A DNA stretch of 64,000 nt. Origin: Dethiobacteria bacterium (GTDB lineage Bacteria; Bacillota; Dethiobacteria; DTU022; UBA8154). A program made the position numbers and the translations under genes. Of the stretch, positions 49,224-60,031 are shown piece by piece. Position 1 is the first letter of the stretch, and every line of letters begins with the position of its first letter. The notes beneath the pieces are model-generated. The model had not been told where the DNA came from, ran no database searches, and saw nothing but the letters and a program-made list of their open reading frames with translations. The DNA is taken from assembly GCA_050942615.1 (NCBI GenBank), contig JBMNNQ010000001.1, forward strand, positions 12,385 to 76,384, in the 5' to 3' direction.

Positions 49224-49260
49224 CTGTGCCTGCCCGGCGGAACAGCCCGGGCAGGCACAG
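49224..49260. terminator. 14-bp perfect inverted repeat (ctgtgcctgcccgg...ccgggcaggcacag) about 30 nt after the DUF2680-like gene; putative bidirectional intrinsic terminator
   Basis: GC-rich perfect stem with a 9-nt loop and a modest U-content on both flanks. Confidence 0.5.
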
Positions 49261-49486
49261 CTATGTCTTTAAAAGATTATGGTTTCAAAATGTAGTCATC
49301 AATTTTTTTATCCAGAAGGCCGTCACCTGCGTGCGCGGTAATTATAGTAACTGCATCCCCGTCCATGAACTTTTCCAATTGCCCGGGCGCAGGGTGCAGG
49401 TTCTTCCCGGTAAAACTTTTTGTTTTTCGTGCCCGGTCTATAGTTTATTCTGTCTTTACGCTTGCTATGGCCTTTTTAATTGCTGT

Positions 49487-50692
49487 TTATCTTGCAAGGA
49501 AATGATCCATTAAGGTGTAGCCTCTAGCGATGTATTTCCCTTGGGCTGCAAAACTTTCATTGAATGCACCCTGCGGATTTTTTAAGGAGTCCCCTTTACG
49601 GTAGATGCAATAAGGCACGGGATCTGCGGTGTGGGTACGTAAACGCACGGGGGTGGGGTGGTCTGCCAAAACCATCAGCTTATAATCCTGAAATTCCTCC
49701 AACCCGCTGAGTATTTCCCCAATAACCTGGTCTTCAATAGCCTCTATGGCCTGCACCTTAACCTTAAATTCCCCTTGGTGACCGGCCTCGTCCGGGGCCT
49801 CTATATGGATAAAAACAAAATCACAGCCTTCCTGCAACGCCTTCAGGGCTCCCCGAGCCTTGCCCTTAAAATTGGTATGCATATTTCCCGTAGCACCGGG
49901 AACCTCCACCACCTTCAAACCTGCTAACATCCCCAGGCCTTTAATCAGATCCACGGCGGAAACTACCGCGCCTGCCAGGCCATATTTGACTGCAAAACTA
50001 TCCAGGTGGGGCTTGCGGCCCTCACCCCACAACCAGATGGAATTTGCCGGCTGCAGCCCCCGGGCCCGGCGTTTCTTATTGACGGGGTGATCAGGTAAAA
50101 AAGTGCTGCTTGTTTGCATAAATTTACTTAACAGCGGGCTGTTTTTACCCCGGGGCAGGTAGGCGGCAATTTTTTGCCCTGTAATATCATGGGGTGGTGT
50201 CAGCCTAAAACCGTCAGCCCCGCCCCGCCAGACCAGAAGGTGCCGGTAGCTTACCCCGGCGTGGAAATGAAAGGTTCCGCTGCCAAGTTTTTGCCTCACG
50301 GTGATCAGCAGCTCACCGGCCTCAGCGGTACTGATTTCACCAGCGCTGTAATCCAGCATCCTGCGTTCTTCATAAGGTTCCTCTTCCGAAAGTGTCACTA
50401 AGTTGCAGCGCAAAGCCAAGTCATCTGCAGCCAGTTCTACACCCATGGCCACTGCTTCCAAAGGTGAACGCCCTGTATAATATTTTTCCGGATCATACCC
50501 CAGTACCGCCAGATTGGCCACGTCACTTCCCGCCGGCATCCCTGGCGGCACAGTCCGTGCCAGGCCTACTTCACCGCAGCGGGCCAGCTGATCCAACCGG
50601 GGCGTCCGGGCATATTGCAGGGGTGTTTTTCCCCCTAGTTCCTCCAACCTTTCATCAGGCATACCATCCCCCAGAACCACTGCATATTTCAA
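49487..50692 (-). CDS. apgM: Cofactor-independent phosphoglycerate mutase, archaeal-type (ApgM family)
   Basis: 401 aa; the N-terminus MKYAVVLGDGMPDE...TPLQYARTP and overall conservation match the ApgM family. Confidence 0.8.
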   Translation of the reverse strand: MKYAVVLGDGMPDERLEELGGKTPLQYARTPRLDQLARCGEVGLARTVPPGMPAGSDVANLAVLGYDPEKYYTGRSPLEAVAMGVELAADDLALRCNLVTLSEEEPYEERRMLDYSAGEISTAEAGELLITVRQKLGSGTFHFHAGVSYRHLLVWRGGADGFRLTPPHDITGQKIAAYLPRGKNSPLLSKFMQTSSTFLPDHPVNKKRRARGLQPANSIWLWGEGRKPHLDSFAVKYGLAGAVVSAVDLIKGLGMLAGLKVVEVPGATGNMHTNFKGKARGALKALQEGCDFVFIHIEAPDEAGHQGEFKVKVQAIEAIEDQVIGEILSGLEEFQDYKLMVLADHPTPVRLRTHTADPVPYCIYRKGDSLKNPQGAFNESFAAQGKYIARGYTLMDHFLAR

Positions 50693-50828
50693 AGTAAAAC
50701 CCCTTTCCCTTCCCTTTTAAACTTTCCTTAGACGGTTTACAAAAATTATATCACTTGTCCTGTAGGAAAAAAAGCCCTCCAGCAGCAAACTGCTTTGCTA
50801 GTCAGGCTTCTGTTTGAACAGTAATTTT

Positions 50829-50861
50829 ATTTTTTTAGAAAAAAGTAGCAAGCGTCTGCTA
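50829..50861 (-). terminator. Putative intrinsic terminator at the end of the Tad operon (5-bp stem plus U6, overlapping the DUF192 stop)
   Basis: Minus-strand uagca-gacgcu-ugcua followed by cuuuuuucu. Confidence 0.35.
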
Positions 50862-51224
50862 GCTTCCCCATTTCTCCAGTTTTATTTGATCACCGCACTG
50901 TGTTTGTGTTTGCCGGAAGGTACCTGCAGTGGCTTCAATCACATAACCTGCCTTTTTAATTACCGGGCTGCAGCGGCAGGGACCCATCCCTTCCATCAGG
51001 TAACAGATACAATCCCCCGGGTCTACAAAAGCAACATCCAGGGGAAAAAACATGCCCCAGGTATGCACTGCCTGGCAGGGTCTGATGATCAGGCCCTCCC
51101 CCGGCAGGAGGCCTTTACAGCCCAGTAAGCCCCGGAGGCGTTGAAAAAAAGTGTCTGCCACTGCTGCCTTCTGTAAAATAACAGTATTTCGGGAAAGGTT
51201 GACTACCTGTACCTTTTTTGTCAT
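50859..51224 (-). CDS. DUF192 (COG1430) domain protein
   Basis: 121-aa ORF with no recognised catalytic motif, directly downstream of tadC; the DUF192 (COG1430) family assignment is a recollection and could not be checked here. Confidence 0.6.
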   Translation of the reverse strand: MTKKVQVVNLSRNTVILQKAAVADTFFQRLRGLLGCKGLLPGEGLIIRPCQAVHTWGMFFPLDVAFVDPGDCICYLMEGMGPCRCSPVIKKAGYVIEATAGTFRQTQTQCGDQIKLEKWGS

Positions 51225-51234
51225 TAAAAACTCC

Positions 51235-52155
51235 TTACATACTTTGAAATGTCTGCATAATACGAATTAAGGCCGGCCCCAACAGAACAACAAACAGGGT
51301 TGGAAAAATAAAAAATACCAGGGGGAAAAGCATTTTGATCGGTGCTTTCATCGCTGCCTCTTCAGCACGCTGGCGCCGTTTTCGCCGCATGGCTTCAGCC
51401 TGGATACGCAAGGTGTTGGCAATGTTACTGCCTAATTGTTCAGACTGAATTACAGCGCTGATAAAGCTGCTCAGGTCCTGCACCCCCGTGCGCCCGACGA
51501 TGCTGCGCAGGGCCTCTTCCCGGGTCTTGCCCAGCCGCATTTCCTCCAGGGCCCGCGCTATTTCCTGGCCCAGAATACCGGGCGCCTGTTCAGTAACCCG
51601 CTTCAAAGCCATATCAAAACCCAACCCTGCTTCCGCACTGACCAACAGCAGGTCAAGGGTATCCGGTAAACTTTTTTGAATTTCATGCTGGCGCTTTGCC
51701 GCCCGTGAATTTAGCAGTCCCACGGGCAGCGTTGCCCCGCTGGAAAAGGCCAGGAACAAGAAAAACACAGTTCTTTGTTCCCCCCAACCGGCAAGCCGGA
51801 TCGCCATCCCCGCCAGGAAAACAAAAAAAACAGCCAGCAGGGCCTGCAGGGAAATTAAACTGTTAAAGTTCATCTTGCCGGGGTTTCCCGCATAGCCGAT
51901 CTTTTTTTCCAAACCCTGGCGGATTTCCCGGGGAGTTAAATTGCCCAAAGCGGCACCTAGTTTACGGAAGACTGGTTGAATTATTCTTTCAAAAAACGGT
52001 TTCCGCAGCTCATCTTCTGTGGCATTTTCTGCCATTTTCCTAATGGTTTGCAGCCGCAGGGCAACCTGTTTTTGGGGGCCCCAAAAAACTTCATAAAAAG
52101 CAGTCACCAGGAGAACAACGGTGGCAAAAAGCAGAACGTTGACCAGCAATAACAT
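51235..52155 (-). CDS. tadC: Tad pilus platform protein TadC (GspF family)
   Basis: 306 aa with three TM helices and a GspF-like domain. Confidence 0.8.
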   Translation of the reverse strand: MLLLVNVLLFATVVLLVTAFYEVFWGPQKQVALRLQTIRKMAENATEDELRKPFFERIIQPVFRKLGAALGNLTPREIRQGLEKKIGYAGNPGKMNFNSLISLQALLAVFFVFLAGMAIRLAGWGEQRTVFFLFLAFSSGATLPVGLLNSRAAKRQHEIQKSLPDTLDLLLVSAEAGLGFDMALKRVTEQAPGILGQEIARALEEMRLGKTREEALRSIVGRTGVQDLSSFISAVIQSEQLGSNIANTLRIQAEAMRRKRRQRAEEAAMKAPIKMLFPLVFFIFPTLFVVLLGPALIRIMQTFQSM

Positions 52156-52170
52156 TTTTTCACCCCTGAA

Positions 52171-53139
52171 TCAAACTTCGATATTGACAATTTTACGAAT
52201 CACGATAATCCCGGCAATTTGCAACACCACAGCCAAACCCAACAGGATCAGGCCCAGTGTGTCCCGGACCAGCGTCAACATATATTCCGGGTTCATAAGC
52301 ATCAGAAAAGCAGCCACACCAAGGGGTAACAGGATGATAATCAGGGCCGATAACCGGCCTTGTGCGGTCAGTGTTTTAATTTCCCCCTTAATACGTACAC
52401 GTTCACGGATAGTCTGTGAAATATTATCAAGAATTTCTGCAAGGTTGCCCCCAACCTGCCTTTGAATAAGCAAAGCGGTAATCATTAAGTTAAGATCCTC
52501 ATTCCCGGCTCTTTCCCCAAGGTTATGCAGCACTTCTTCCAAAGGTTTGCCCATCTGGTTTTCCCAGATCGCCCGGGAAAATTCCTCCCCTATTGGCGGT
52601 CCCATTTCCCGGCCGACCACGGACATTGCCTGGGGAAAACTATAACCGGCCCGCAATCCGTTGGAAACTATCGTCAGCGCCTCCGGCAACTGTTGGGTCA
52701 AAGCATTGATGCGCCGGCTTCTTTTCATCCCGATGACAAGATCAGGAACTTTGTAACCCACCAACCCGGCCGGTAAAGCCAAAAAAAAGTGTCCTGTAAT
52801 CAGGTAAAAGAAAATAAAAACGGCTGTTCCAACACAGACTGCCAAGCCGATAAGCTCTTCTGCACGCATTAAGACATGAGCCTGCAGCAGTTTTTGCTGT
52901 ATACCCTGCAGATTGGCCCGGCGCGAGGGCATGGTTCCCAATAGCCTCAAAAAACGCCGAAACCCTTTTTTTAAACCTTCGGCCCCAGCCTCCTCCGGTT
53001 GCTGATAGTCCGGAGACAATATGCCGGTTTTTAATCTTTCCAAAACAAGGTTACGGGAGGCAAACAACGTATAATAAAGACCTGTAAATAAGAAAACCAC
53101 AGTTAGAAAAGCGCCGCCCAGAACAGCTAGTTGCAACAT
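52171..53139 (-). CDS. tadB: Tad pilus platform protein TadB (GspF family)
   Basis: Start at MLQLAVLGG. GspF-like domain. Confidence 0.8.
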   Translation of the reverse strand: MLQLAVLGGAFLTVVFLFTGLYYTLFASRNLVLERLKTGILSPDYQQPEEAGAEGLKKGFRRFLRLLGTMPSRRANLQGIQQKLLQAHVLMRAEELIGLAVCVGTAVFIFFYLITGHFFLALPAGLVGYKVPDLVIGMKRSRRINALTQQLPEALTIVSNGLRAGYSFPQAMSVVGREMGPPIGEEFSRAIWENQMGKPLEEVLHNLGERAGNEDLNLMITALLIQRQVGGNLAEILDNISQTIRERVRIKGEIKTLTAQGRLSALIIILLPLGVAAFLMLMNPEYMLTLVRDTLGLILLGLAVVLQIAGIIVIRKIVNIEV

Positions 53140-53140
53140 T

Positions 53141-54526
53141 TCAGTGCCTCCTAAAGGCCGTTTCAAAATTTTTCGCCCCGAATAAGCCCTTGGGTAGCTT
53201 TTCCCCAAAAGTTTGCAGTTTTTCCATGTTGCGGGGAATAATGCCGGTGGGCACATGTTTTCCGGCAATGCGGCCCCTTTCATTAAATCCCGTTTGTTCA
53301 AAAATAAAAATGTCCTGCAAGGTAATAATATCCCCCTCCATCCCTGCTACCTCCGATACTTTGACAATCTTGCGGCTGCCATCAGGAAGGCGGGACTGTT
53401 GAATAATCAGGTCAATAGCCGAGGCAACCTGCTCACGGATCGCCCGCAAAGGCAGGTTTATGCCTGCCATAAGCACCATGGTTTCCAGGCGCGCCAGCGC
53501 GTCCCGGGGGTTGTTGGCATGCAGGGTGGAAATGGAGCCGTCGTGGCCGGTATTCATTGCCTGCAGCATGTCAAGTGCCTCGCCTCCCCGCACCTCTCCA
53601 ACCACAATGCGGTCCGGGCGCATACGCAGTGAGTTAATCACCAGATCACGAATTGTGATTTCCCCATGGCCTTCAATGTCTGGAGGGCGGCTTTCCAGGG
53701 TAACAACATGTTCCTGATGCAGTTGTAGTTCTGCGGCATCCTCGATGGTTACAATTCTTTCCTGTTCGGGGATAAAACCGGAGAGCACATTTAAGGTCGT
53801 CGTTTTGCCGCTGCCGGTCCCCCCGGAAACAATAATATTGAGGCGGGCCAGCACTGCAGACTTGAACAGGCGGGCAATCTCCCCGGTCATGGTCCCGAAA
53901 TTAATCAGATCCCCGGGGGTCAAGGGCTTTGCCGCAAACTTACGGATAGTCAAGGCAGGCCCTTTTAAGGCCAACGGCGGAATGATGGCGTTAACACGGG
54001 AACCGTCCGGCAGGCGGGCGTCAACCATGGGCGACTTTTCATCCAGCCTTCTGCCCAAAGGGGTTACAATTTTATCGATAGTTTCAAGCAGATGTGCATT
54101 ATCACAAAAAGTAATCCCTGTTTTGATGATCTTCCCCTTTTGCTCCACATAAACCAACCCGGGGCCGTTAACCATAATTTCTGAAATGGTGGGATCCCGG
54201 AGCAGCGGGTTAATTGGCCCGTAACCACAGGCTTCGTCATAAATATGCCCGGCAATTTTTTCCTTGTCAGCCCGGGAAAGTTCAAGCCCGGAATCTTTGA
54301 GTACCGCTTCCAAGGCTACACTGATCTGCGCTGAATACTTTATTTTCTGTTGGGCATCCATTTTTCCGACAACAGGTGTCTTGCCTGGGCTTTCAAGAAC
54401 CCTGCGCAAAGTTGCGGTGATCAGGCCCTCCCATTCCTTTTTCCTGTTGAGGCCGTAATTTTCAGTTACAGGTTCTTTCCCCCCAGGGGCGAAGGCCCAT
54501 TGTGGCGGCAATTTCATTTTTCTCAC
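53141..54526 (-). CDS. tadA: Tad pilus assembly ATPase CpaF/TadA
   Basis: Walker [13 protein letters not shown], Asp box, Walker B and His box ([15 protein letters not shown]). Confidence 0.92.
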   Translation of the reverse strand: MRKMKLPPQWAFAPGGKEPVTENYGLNRKKEWEGLITATLRRVLESPGKTPVVGKMDAQQKIKYSAQISVALEAVLKDSGLELSRADKEKIAGHIYDEACGYGPINPLLRDPTISEIMVNGPGLVYVEQKGKIIKTGITFCDNAHLLETIDKIVTPLGRRLDEKSPMVDARLPDGSRVNAIIPPLALKGPALTIRKFAAKPLTPGDLINFGTMTGEIARLFKSAVLARLNIIVSGGTGSGKTTTLNVLSGFIPEQERIVTIEDAAELQLHQEHVVTLESRPPDIEGHGEITIRDLVINSLRMRPDRIVVGEVRGGEALDMLQAMNTGHDGSISTLHANNPRDALARLETMVLMAGINLPLRAIREQVASAIDLIIQQSRLPDGSRKIVKVSEVAGMEGDIITLQDIFIFEQTGFNERGRIAGKHVPTGIIPRNMEKLQTFGEKLPKGLFGAKNFETAFRRH

Positions 54527-55728
54527 CTTTCCATTTCCTTTACTTCTGCAGCCTGCTTTTCCAGCCCTTCTGCTACCACCTGGCGTGCCAGTCTTATAAA
54601 GCCGCGGCTGACTTTGGATCGGGGGAAAAGCATTACTGCCGGAATACCTTTATTCAAGGACGAAGAAGTTAACCTGTATTCAGCCGGCAGAACGCCAAAA
54701 AGATCTTGTTCAAGGGTTGTTTCCACATCCCGCCTTTTGATTTCACTGCGGGATACTGCCTTGTTCAGCAGTAACTTAATCTTCTGCCGGGGGTAATTCA
54801 GGGAGTCAAGCATTACCCGGCAGGCTTTAACATTGCGGATGGCAGCCACATCCTGGGTGGTAACCAAGAGGAGCAGCCCTGCCTCCTGCAGGGCCGGATT
54901 AACTGGTTCAGAAAAACAGGCCGGCATATCCACCACTACATATTCAAAATTATTCTGCAGCGCTTGCAGAATCAGTCTGACCTGTTCTGCGTTAATAAAC
55001 CCGGCTGCCTGCGGGTGTGCTCCGGATGCCAACAACTTGATTCCGGAGCGGTGTGCAATAAGATATTCACCGATCAAATCCTGATCAGGATTATGAATTT
55101 CATTAAGTACATCATAGATCGTATAACGGGGAAGGATGTTTAAAGCCAAGGCTGCATTACCAAAATCCAGATCCAGATCGACCAGTGCAACTGTATTTTT
55201 GGTGTGCTGTGCCAAAGCTATTGCCAGGTTTGTGGCAATAAACGTTTTTCCCACACCCCCTTTGGTGCTGAAAACTGTTACAATTCTGCCCTGGCGGGGT
55301 TTTTTAGGCCCGACAGGTCTATTGTTCTGCAGGCTGGCCAGTTTTTTTTTCGCAGACTGGTAACAGTGGTAGATGGAAGCAGCCAGTTCAGCCGGTGTAA
55401 AGGGTTCGACAAGCACATCGCCGGCCCCGGCCAGGATGGCTTTGCGCATCGATTCCCCCTGGAGTTCAGTTTCCAGCAGGATCGGGGCGATCCAGGGGTA
55501 AACAGTGGCGATTTCTTCCGACAGCAAGTATCCATTGCCTGCTACAAGGCGCCCGATGACCAGTACGTCGGGTTCAAGCTCTTCAACTCCCTCTAAAGCC
55601 TCTTCCCTCGCTTCTGCTCCACCGATCACCCGTATATATTCCACTGCAGAAAGCGCTCCTATAATATCGGATCTTTTTTCATCGTCTTCCTCTACTACCA
55701 GTACTTTGATATGCTCCATATTCATCAC
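54523..55728 (-). CDS. tadZ: CpaE/TadZ: receiver-like domain fused to a ParA/MinD-type ATPase
   Basis: Deviant Walker A FSTKGGVGKT and an N-terminal REC-like fold. Confidence 0.85.
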   Translation of the reverse strand: MMNMEHIKVLVVEEDDEKRSDIIGALSAVEYIRVIGGAEAREEALEGVEELEPDVLVIGRLVAGNGYLLSEEIATVYPWIAPILLETELQGESMRKAILAGAGDVLVEPFTPAELAASIYHCYQSAKKKLASLQNNRPVGPKKPRQGRIVTVFSTKGGVGKTFIATNLAIALAQHTKNTVALVDLDLDFGNAALALNILPRYTIYDVLNEIHNPDQDLIGEYLIAHRSGIKLLASGAHPQAAGFINAEQVRLILQALQNNFEYVVVDMPACFSEPVNPALQEAGLLLLVTTQDVAAIRNVKACRVMLDSLNYPRQKIKLLLNKAVSRSEIKRRDVETTLEQDLFGVLPAEYRLTSSSLNKGIPAVMLFPRSKVSRGFIRLARQVVAEGLEKQAAEVKEMER

Positions 55729-56447
55729 CTTTCCCGGAAAGAACCTAGGTTGGCAGCATTGTAATGCTGTAAGTGCATTTTTTCCTCATCCAAAGGTGAA
55801 CGCAGAGTAAAATAAAAAGAGCCTTTCAGCTGGGCATAGGCCAAAACTTCAGCCTGTCCCGGTGTCACAGCCAGGGTGATGGTGCCAACCGGCTGCTGTT
55901 CGTCAGTATCCTGTTCCCGGGTAAGTTCCCCTGCAGCCATCACAGGGGCGTTTTGTATAATAGTATAGGTTACGGCAGCGCCACCGTTAATTTCTTCATC
56001 AGAATAGGTTACCAGCACGTCAACCTTGTCCCCAGGGGAGATATACCCTGAGACCCCTGTAATTTCATTCACGGGAAGCGAGATCGCCCGCCTTTTTTCA
56101 GGTACCCGGTAAGAAAAACTGCCCTGTCCCTCCATAGCTATCCTGGCAGTCAACAGCTGTTCCCCCTCCACGATTTCAGCGCGGGAAATGCTGCCTGCTG
56201 CTGCCTCCAAATCCCCAAAGGCCTCCGGATGAACGGCCCCCGCGGGGAGGGATTCCACTGCAAGCATCTCTGCCGTAATCCGGGTATGTTTTGGAATAGT
56301 ACTTTTAGCTACAACTACATCTGTATAGGCCGTTACCTCTACAGCCTGTGCACCGGAGGCAAGACTTTGCAGGTAGCAATTCAGAGCCAGGACGGTGCCC
56401 AGAGCAAAAATAACAGCCGCCAAAAGAAGAAGCCTGCCGTTTTTCAA
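55725..56447 (-). CDS. cpaB: Flp pilus assembly protein CpaB (SAF/RcpC domain)
   Basis: N-terminal TM helix, SAF domain and a conserved C-terminus (GTITLAVTPGQAEVLAYAQLKGSFYFTLR). Confidence 0.85.
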   Translation of the reverse strand: MKNGRLLLLAAVIFALGTVLALNCYLQSLASGAQAVEVTAYTDVVVAKSTIPKHTRITAEMLAVESLPAGAVHPEAFGDLEAAAGSISRAEIVEGEQLLTARIAMEGQGSFSYRVPEKRRAISLPVNEITGVSGYISPGDKVDVLVTYSDEEINGGAAVTYTIIQNAPVMAAGELTREQDTDEQQPVGTITLAVTPGQAEVLAYAQLKGSFYFTLRSPLDEEKMHLQHYNAANLGSFRER

Positions 56448-56519
56448 CGTACTTACGCCCCTCTCAAAAAAACAGTTTCCTGATTGAACTGCTCAACTAG
56501 TACTTGGTTTCCAAACAAA

Positions 56520-57530
56520 TTATTCTATTAACCGGGCGGCACGCACCCCGTCTGCAGGCAGTTCATCATCAGGTGCTGCTGCCTCAACAATTGTTTTGGT
56601 TCCCGGTGGCGGGGCAATTGATAAAAACCGGCCCTGCACCTTACATTCATTTCCCGACCCCACAGATTTCTCAAGAAGCATGGCCGCAAACCTTGCTATT
56701 TCCACTTCGTCCCTGCCCCTTAAATCTGCCGGTTTATATACCGGTACAATAATCACCCGCGGGCAATCCGGGTGATAGCCGCCGTCGTATGTACATTTAG
56801 GCGTATGCGGGCATTGATCAAGGCGATATTGTATACCCCCCCGAGTCATCCTGGACATATTTCCGGGCTCTGTGGTAACTAAGGATCCCACACTTAAAAC
56901 GCCCTTATAACCATACCTAATATTATATCCATAGTTTCTTGCACCCCTGCCCCCCAGGGCAAGACCACCGAAGTTACCGTGAATTTCAGGAATCCCGGCA
57001 CCAAATTTAAGCATAACCTCTTCCCCGGGTTGGAATCCCCCGGCACGATCTGGAACGCCAAAAGGAACCAGCGGTGAACATGCACACTCGCTGCAGTCAA
57101 TTATAGTTGCAGTACCAAAAACAGCCTTGGCCCCGGCTGTCACCACCCCGGTGTTCACCCCCAATACCCGTGCAAACGTCAAATCTTTATTACATGCAGA
57201 GGAAACCCCAACCATTTTTGTAGACATATCCACTGTAATTGCCGGCGTTTCATTAATATTATTATTTTCCAGGTATTCCACAGCCTTCTGGCGTGTCGAG
57301 GATTCGTCTCCGGTATAATATAATTCCTGCGCAGCAGCCAATGCTGCTGCATCACAAGCATTCTGCAGTCGCCTTTTTTCCAGTGCCAGGATGCCCGTAT
57401 CAACCACAAGCGCCGTCATCCCCAGCAGGGCCAGCATTCCTGCAGCAACAAAAACCATTGCCAAACCGTCCTCTTCACCTAATAAAGTTTTTACTTTTTT
57501 ACAAACAAGCCGGAACAACTTAGCAAGCAT
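56520..57530 (-). CDS. tadG: TadG-like pilus-associated protein (Tad_N / TadE-G-like N-terminal segment)
   Basis: N-terminus ...EEDGLAMVFVAAGMLALLGMTALVVDTG and a Cys-rich C-terminal domain. Confidence 0.65.
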   Translation of the reverse strand: MLAKLFRLVCKKVKTLLGEEDGLAMVFVAAGMLALLGMTALVVDTGILALEKRRLQNACDAAALAAAQELYYTGDESSTRQKAVEYLENNNINETPAITVDMSTKMVGVSSACNKDLTFARVLGVNTGVVTAGAKAVFGTATIIDCSECACSPLVPFGVPDRAGGFQPGEEVMLKFGAGIPEIHGNFGGLALGGRGARNYGYNIRYGYKGVLSVGSLVTTEPGNMSRMTRGGIQYRLDQCPHTPKCTYDGGYHPDCPRVIIVPVYKPADLRGRDEVEIARFAAMLLEKSVGSGNECKVQGRFLSIAPPPGTKTIVEAAAPDDELPADGVRAARLIE

Positions 57531-57619
57531 ATCATTTCTCCCGCAATGATCTATTTGGTACAGATACAAGCCCGGTAAACAAAGTTGGCTGCTAAAGCCG
57601 CAAAAAGGCGCACTGTGTG

Positions 57620-58045
57620 TTAATCAGGCACGGGGTAAGATTCGCACCGCATCTCGGCCTTGGCAGACAAAATGAACAGATCCTTGTTAAGAACCCGGTC
57701 AAAAAAGGGCACTGCCCCGACAGCAGCAGTAAATTCCACTGTAACATCCCCATCCTCATACCTGGCTGCAGGCGCCGGTTCTATTTCTATCCCGGCCGGG
57801 TCGATTCTGATAAAAGGCATCAGTGAAGAAACTGCCATTACCTTGTCCTTTACTGCAGCGTCTGATTTACCTACAACAGCCAGCCTCGCCCCTTCCTTAG
57901 CTGCGCTGGCAATGACAATCTGGCCGCTGAAAATCATGGCAAACTGAATCAGACCCAATACCGCTAATAGCATTATCGGTAAAAGGAGGGCTGTTTCCAC
58001 CAGAGACTGGCCTTTCTTGTTATTATTAAGACGACTGACAGCCAT
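57620..58045 (-). CDS. tadE: TadE/TadF-family pseudopilin
   Basis: Contains GQSLVETALLLPIMLLAVLGLIQF. Confidence 0.75.
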   Translation of the reverse strand: MAVSRLNNNKKGQSLVETALLLPIMLLAVLGLIQFAMIFSGQIVIASAAKEGARLAVVGKSDAAVKDKVMAVSSLMPFIRIDPAGIEIEPAPAARYEDGDVTVEFTAAVGAVPFFDRVLNKDLFILSAKAEMRCESYPVPD

Positions 58046-58082
58046 TTCATGCTTTCTCCTAACCGGGACGTTAATCAAAAAA

Positions 58083-58490
58083 TTAGAATGGGTTTTGAAT
58101 GCGCATGGTACATTGGGCGCACAGGGGATATACCCTGTTGCCTTCCTTACCTAAGAAGGGCATGATCAGATCTGCATTGGCCGGAACAGTAACGGTGATC
58201 GCTTGTCCCCCGGCAGCTAGCACCTCAATTGGTCTCCCGGCATCCGGTTCCAAAAAAGGGGTGGAGGCAATAGTATTGTTAATCTTCGTTTCAACCGCTG
58301 TGTCAGGTTTCCCCACCGCAGCCATGCGTGCCCCTTCCCTCGCAGCACCGGTAATTGCTATCTGCCCGTAAAACAAAATACCACATTGCAAAACGCCCAG
58401 GATTAACAATAGAATCAGGGGTAAAGACAGGGCAAATTCCACCATGGATTGGCCCCTTTCATTTTTTATGGAATGAAAAAACCTGGACAA
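58083..58490 (-). CDS. tadE: TadE-family pseudopilin
   Basis: Contains GQSMVEFALSLPLILLLILGVLQ. Confidence 0.75.
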   Translation of the reverse strand: MSRFFHSIKNERGQSMVEFALSLPLILLLILGVLQCGILFYGQIAITGAAREGARMAAVGKPDTAVETKINNTIASTPFLEPDAGRPIEVLAAGGQAITVTVPANADLIMPFLGKEGNRVYPLCAQCTMRIQNPF

Positions 58491-58536
58491 AGGATCTCAC
58501 CTGCAAAATAAAAATTTATAATAAACCGGTATTATT

Positions 58537-59130
58537 TTAAAACAGGGCAGCCAGCGGCAAAATTCGTTCCCCAAAGCTGCTAATAACAAGTAATGTTCCC
58601 ATTACAATGGCCACACCGTAAGGCATGTAGACCTTGTTCCCCGGGTTATTACCCCTGCAGGAAAAAAAATAGAAAGAAAACCTGTTTAAAAAAGGGTAGC
58701 CATACCGGAAATAAAGCACATTAAAAAAGGGAACAGCCACAATGCCTATGATTTTTTTCAAAGTGTTCCCCAGCTGCCTGTTGACCAACAGATAACCCAG
58801 GGCCAAAATTCCCCCGCAAAAAGCGGTAAAAAGTGCAACCTGAAAAACAAACTGTACACCCTGCAGCGCCCCGATAGCCCCCATCAGCTTCACATCCCCA
58901 CCGCCCATACCCCCCAGTATAAAAGGGATAAAAAAAAGGGCCAACCCCAACAAAAGGCCATAAAGGCCGAACAAAAACCCTGCCCCTCCGCCCATAATTG
59001 TATTGGCAACCAACCCCCAAAGCATAACCGGGAAAGTCAGGAAGTTAGGTATTCTTTTCTGTATCAGGTCGAAATAAAGGGTTAGTAGCAGCAAGGTTAA
59101 AAGAAGGTAATTATTGAGTTGAATAAACAT
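58537..59130 (-). CDS. tadV: A24-family prepilin peptidase TadV/CpaA (short form)
   Basis: Catalytic Asp motifs YFDLIQKRIPN and GGMGGGDVKL. Confidence 0.85.
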   Translation of the reverse strand: MFIQLNNYLLLTLLLLTLYFDLIQKRIPNFLTFPVMLWGLVANTIMGGGAGFLFGLYGLLLGLALFFIPFILGGMGGGDVKLMGAIGALQGVQFVFQVALFTAFCGGILALGYLLVNRQLGNTLKKIIGIVAVPFFNVLYFRYGYPFLNRFSFYFFSCRGNNPGNKVYMPYGVAIVMGTLLVISSFGERILPLAALF

Positions 59131-59487
59131 TTTTTCCTCCAAAGAATTTATATAAAATGACTGTGTACAGTAAAAATTCAATAATAAACTGTATTAAATG
59201 TAACTATAACTACCACCGTAAACAATAATATACTGCTGTTTTAATAATGATTCCGAACTATTTTCTGCAAAAAAGATTAAAGTATTATTATCTGAAATAC
59301 AATAATTATTTACCCTATAAAAAGAAACACCTGCTGTTTATAATCAGCACATTCCTTCTATATCCTTAATTTATTTGTTTAAGGCCTGCCCAAGGGAACC
59401 TAACTCAAAAGGTAAAAGCTGGTTCCCTTGCAGGTTCTATCTTTTGTAGAAAAGCCTTTGTTATGTTTTAACCTGTTTGTTTAACTG

Positions 59488-59679
59488 TTATTCACTAAAG
59501 TCGACTCCTACCCCCTTTATTCCTTCCCCGATTGTCTTAAATTTATCAGCAATATTTGTACCCAATGCTCTCAAACCAACAATAACAACCGCAGCAATTA
59601 GGACTATAATTAAAGCATATTCTACTAAACCTTGGCCTTCTTCGTCCTTAATAAACCTAGTAAAAAGCTGCTTTAGCAT
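59488..59679 (-). CDS. flp: Flp-family type IVb pilin
   Basis: 63 aa. GGAGG RBS. Flp motif ...EEGQGLVEYALIIVLIAAVVIVG with the processing site after G. Confidence 0.85.
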   Translation of the reverse strand: MLKQLFTRFIKDEEGQGLVEYALIIVLIAAVVIVGLRALGTNIADKFKTIGEGIKGVGVDFSE

Positions 59680-60031
59680 TTTAGTTTGCCTCCAATTCAA
59701 AGATAAATTAAAAATCAGGCCTTTATAAAAATCTACCTTTCACCTGCCCCCTTTCTTCCTTACTGCTGGCGAATACTTCCCCCCTACCGTTTTTTCCCCA
59801 ATTGTACACCCCCCAACAAATAACTTAGCAAAGCATTGATAAAATTTGCCGCCTTAATAACATTTATGAAAAAAATTGCTAAGCTTTGAATTTGCATTAT
59901 CACCTAGAACTTTTTTGTAAAATGTCAACATTACATAAATTATTTACAGGATAAATCACCCGGGTGTTTCTTAATGCTGAAAATATGTAAAAAAACCTGC
60001 TTCAAATGGTTACCTTTTCACTACCGCCTTG

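Noticed and set aside
48727-49258. Minus-strand ORFs overlapping the DUF2680-like gene, and the 48571 upstream start of the plus ORF
   Set aside because: Pro/Ala/Arg-rich antisense translations. The true start of the plus gene is the ATG at 48610, which has a GGAGG RBS and gives a proper signal peptide.
49300-49390. 29-aa minus-strand ORF (MDGDAVTIITAHAGDGLLDKKIDDYILKP) in the apgM upstream region
   Set aside because: Too short, weak RBS and no homology signal. It is more likely part of the apgM promoter region.
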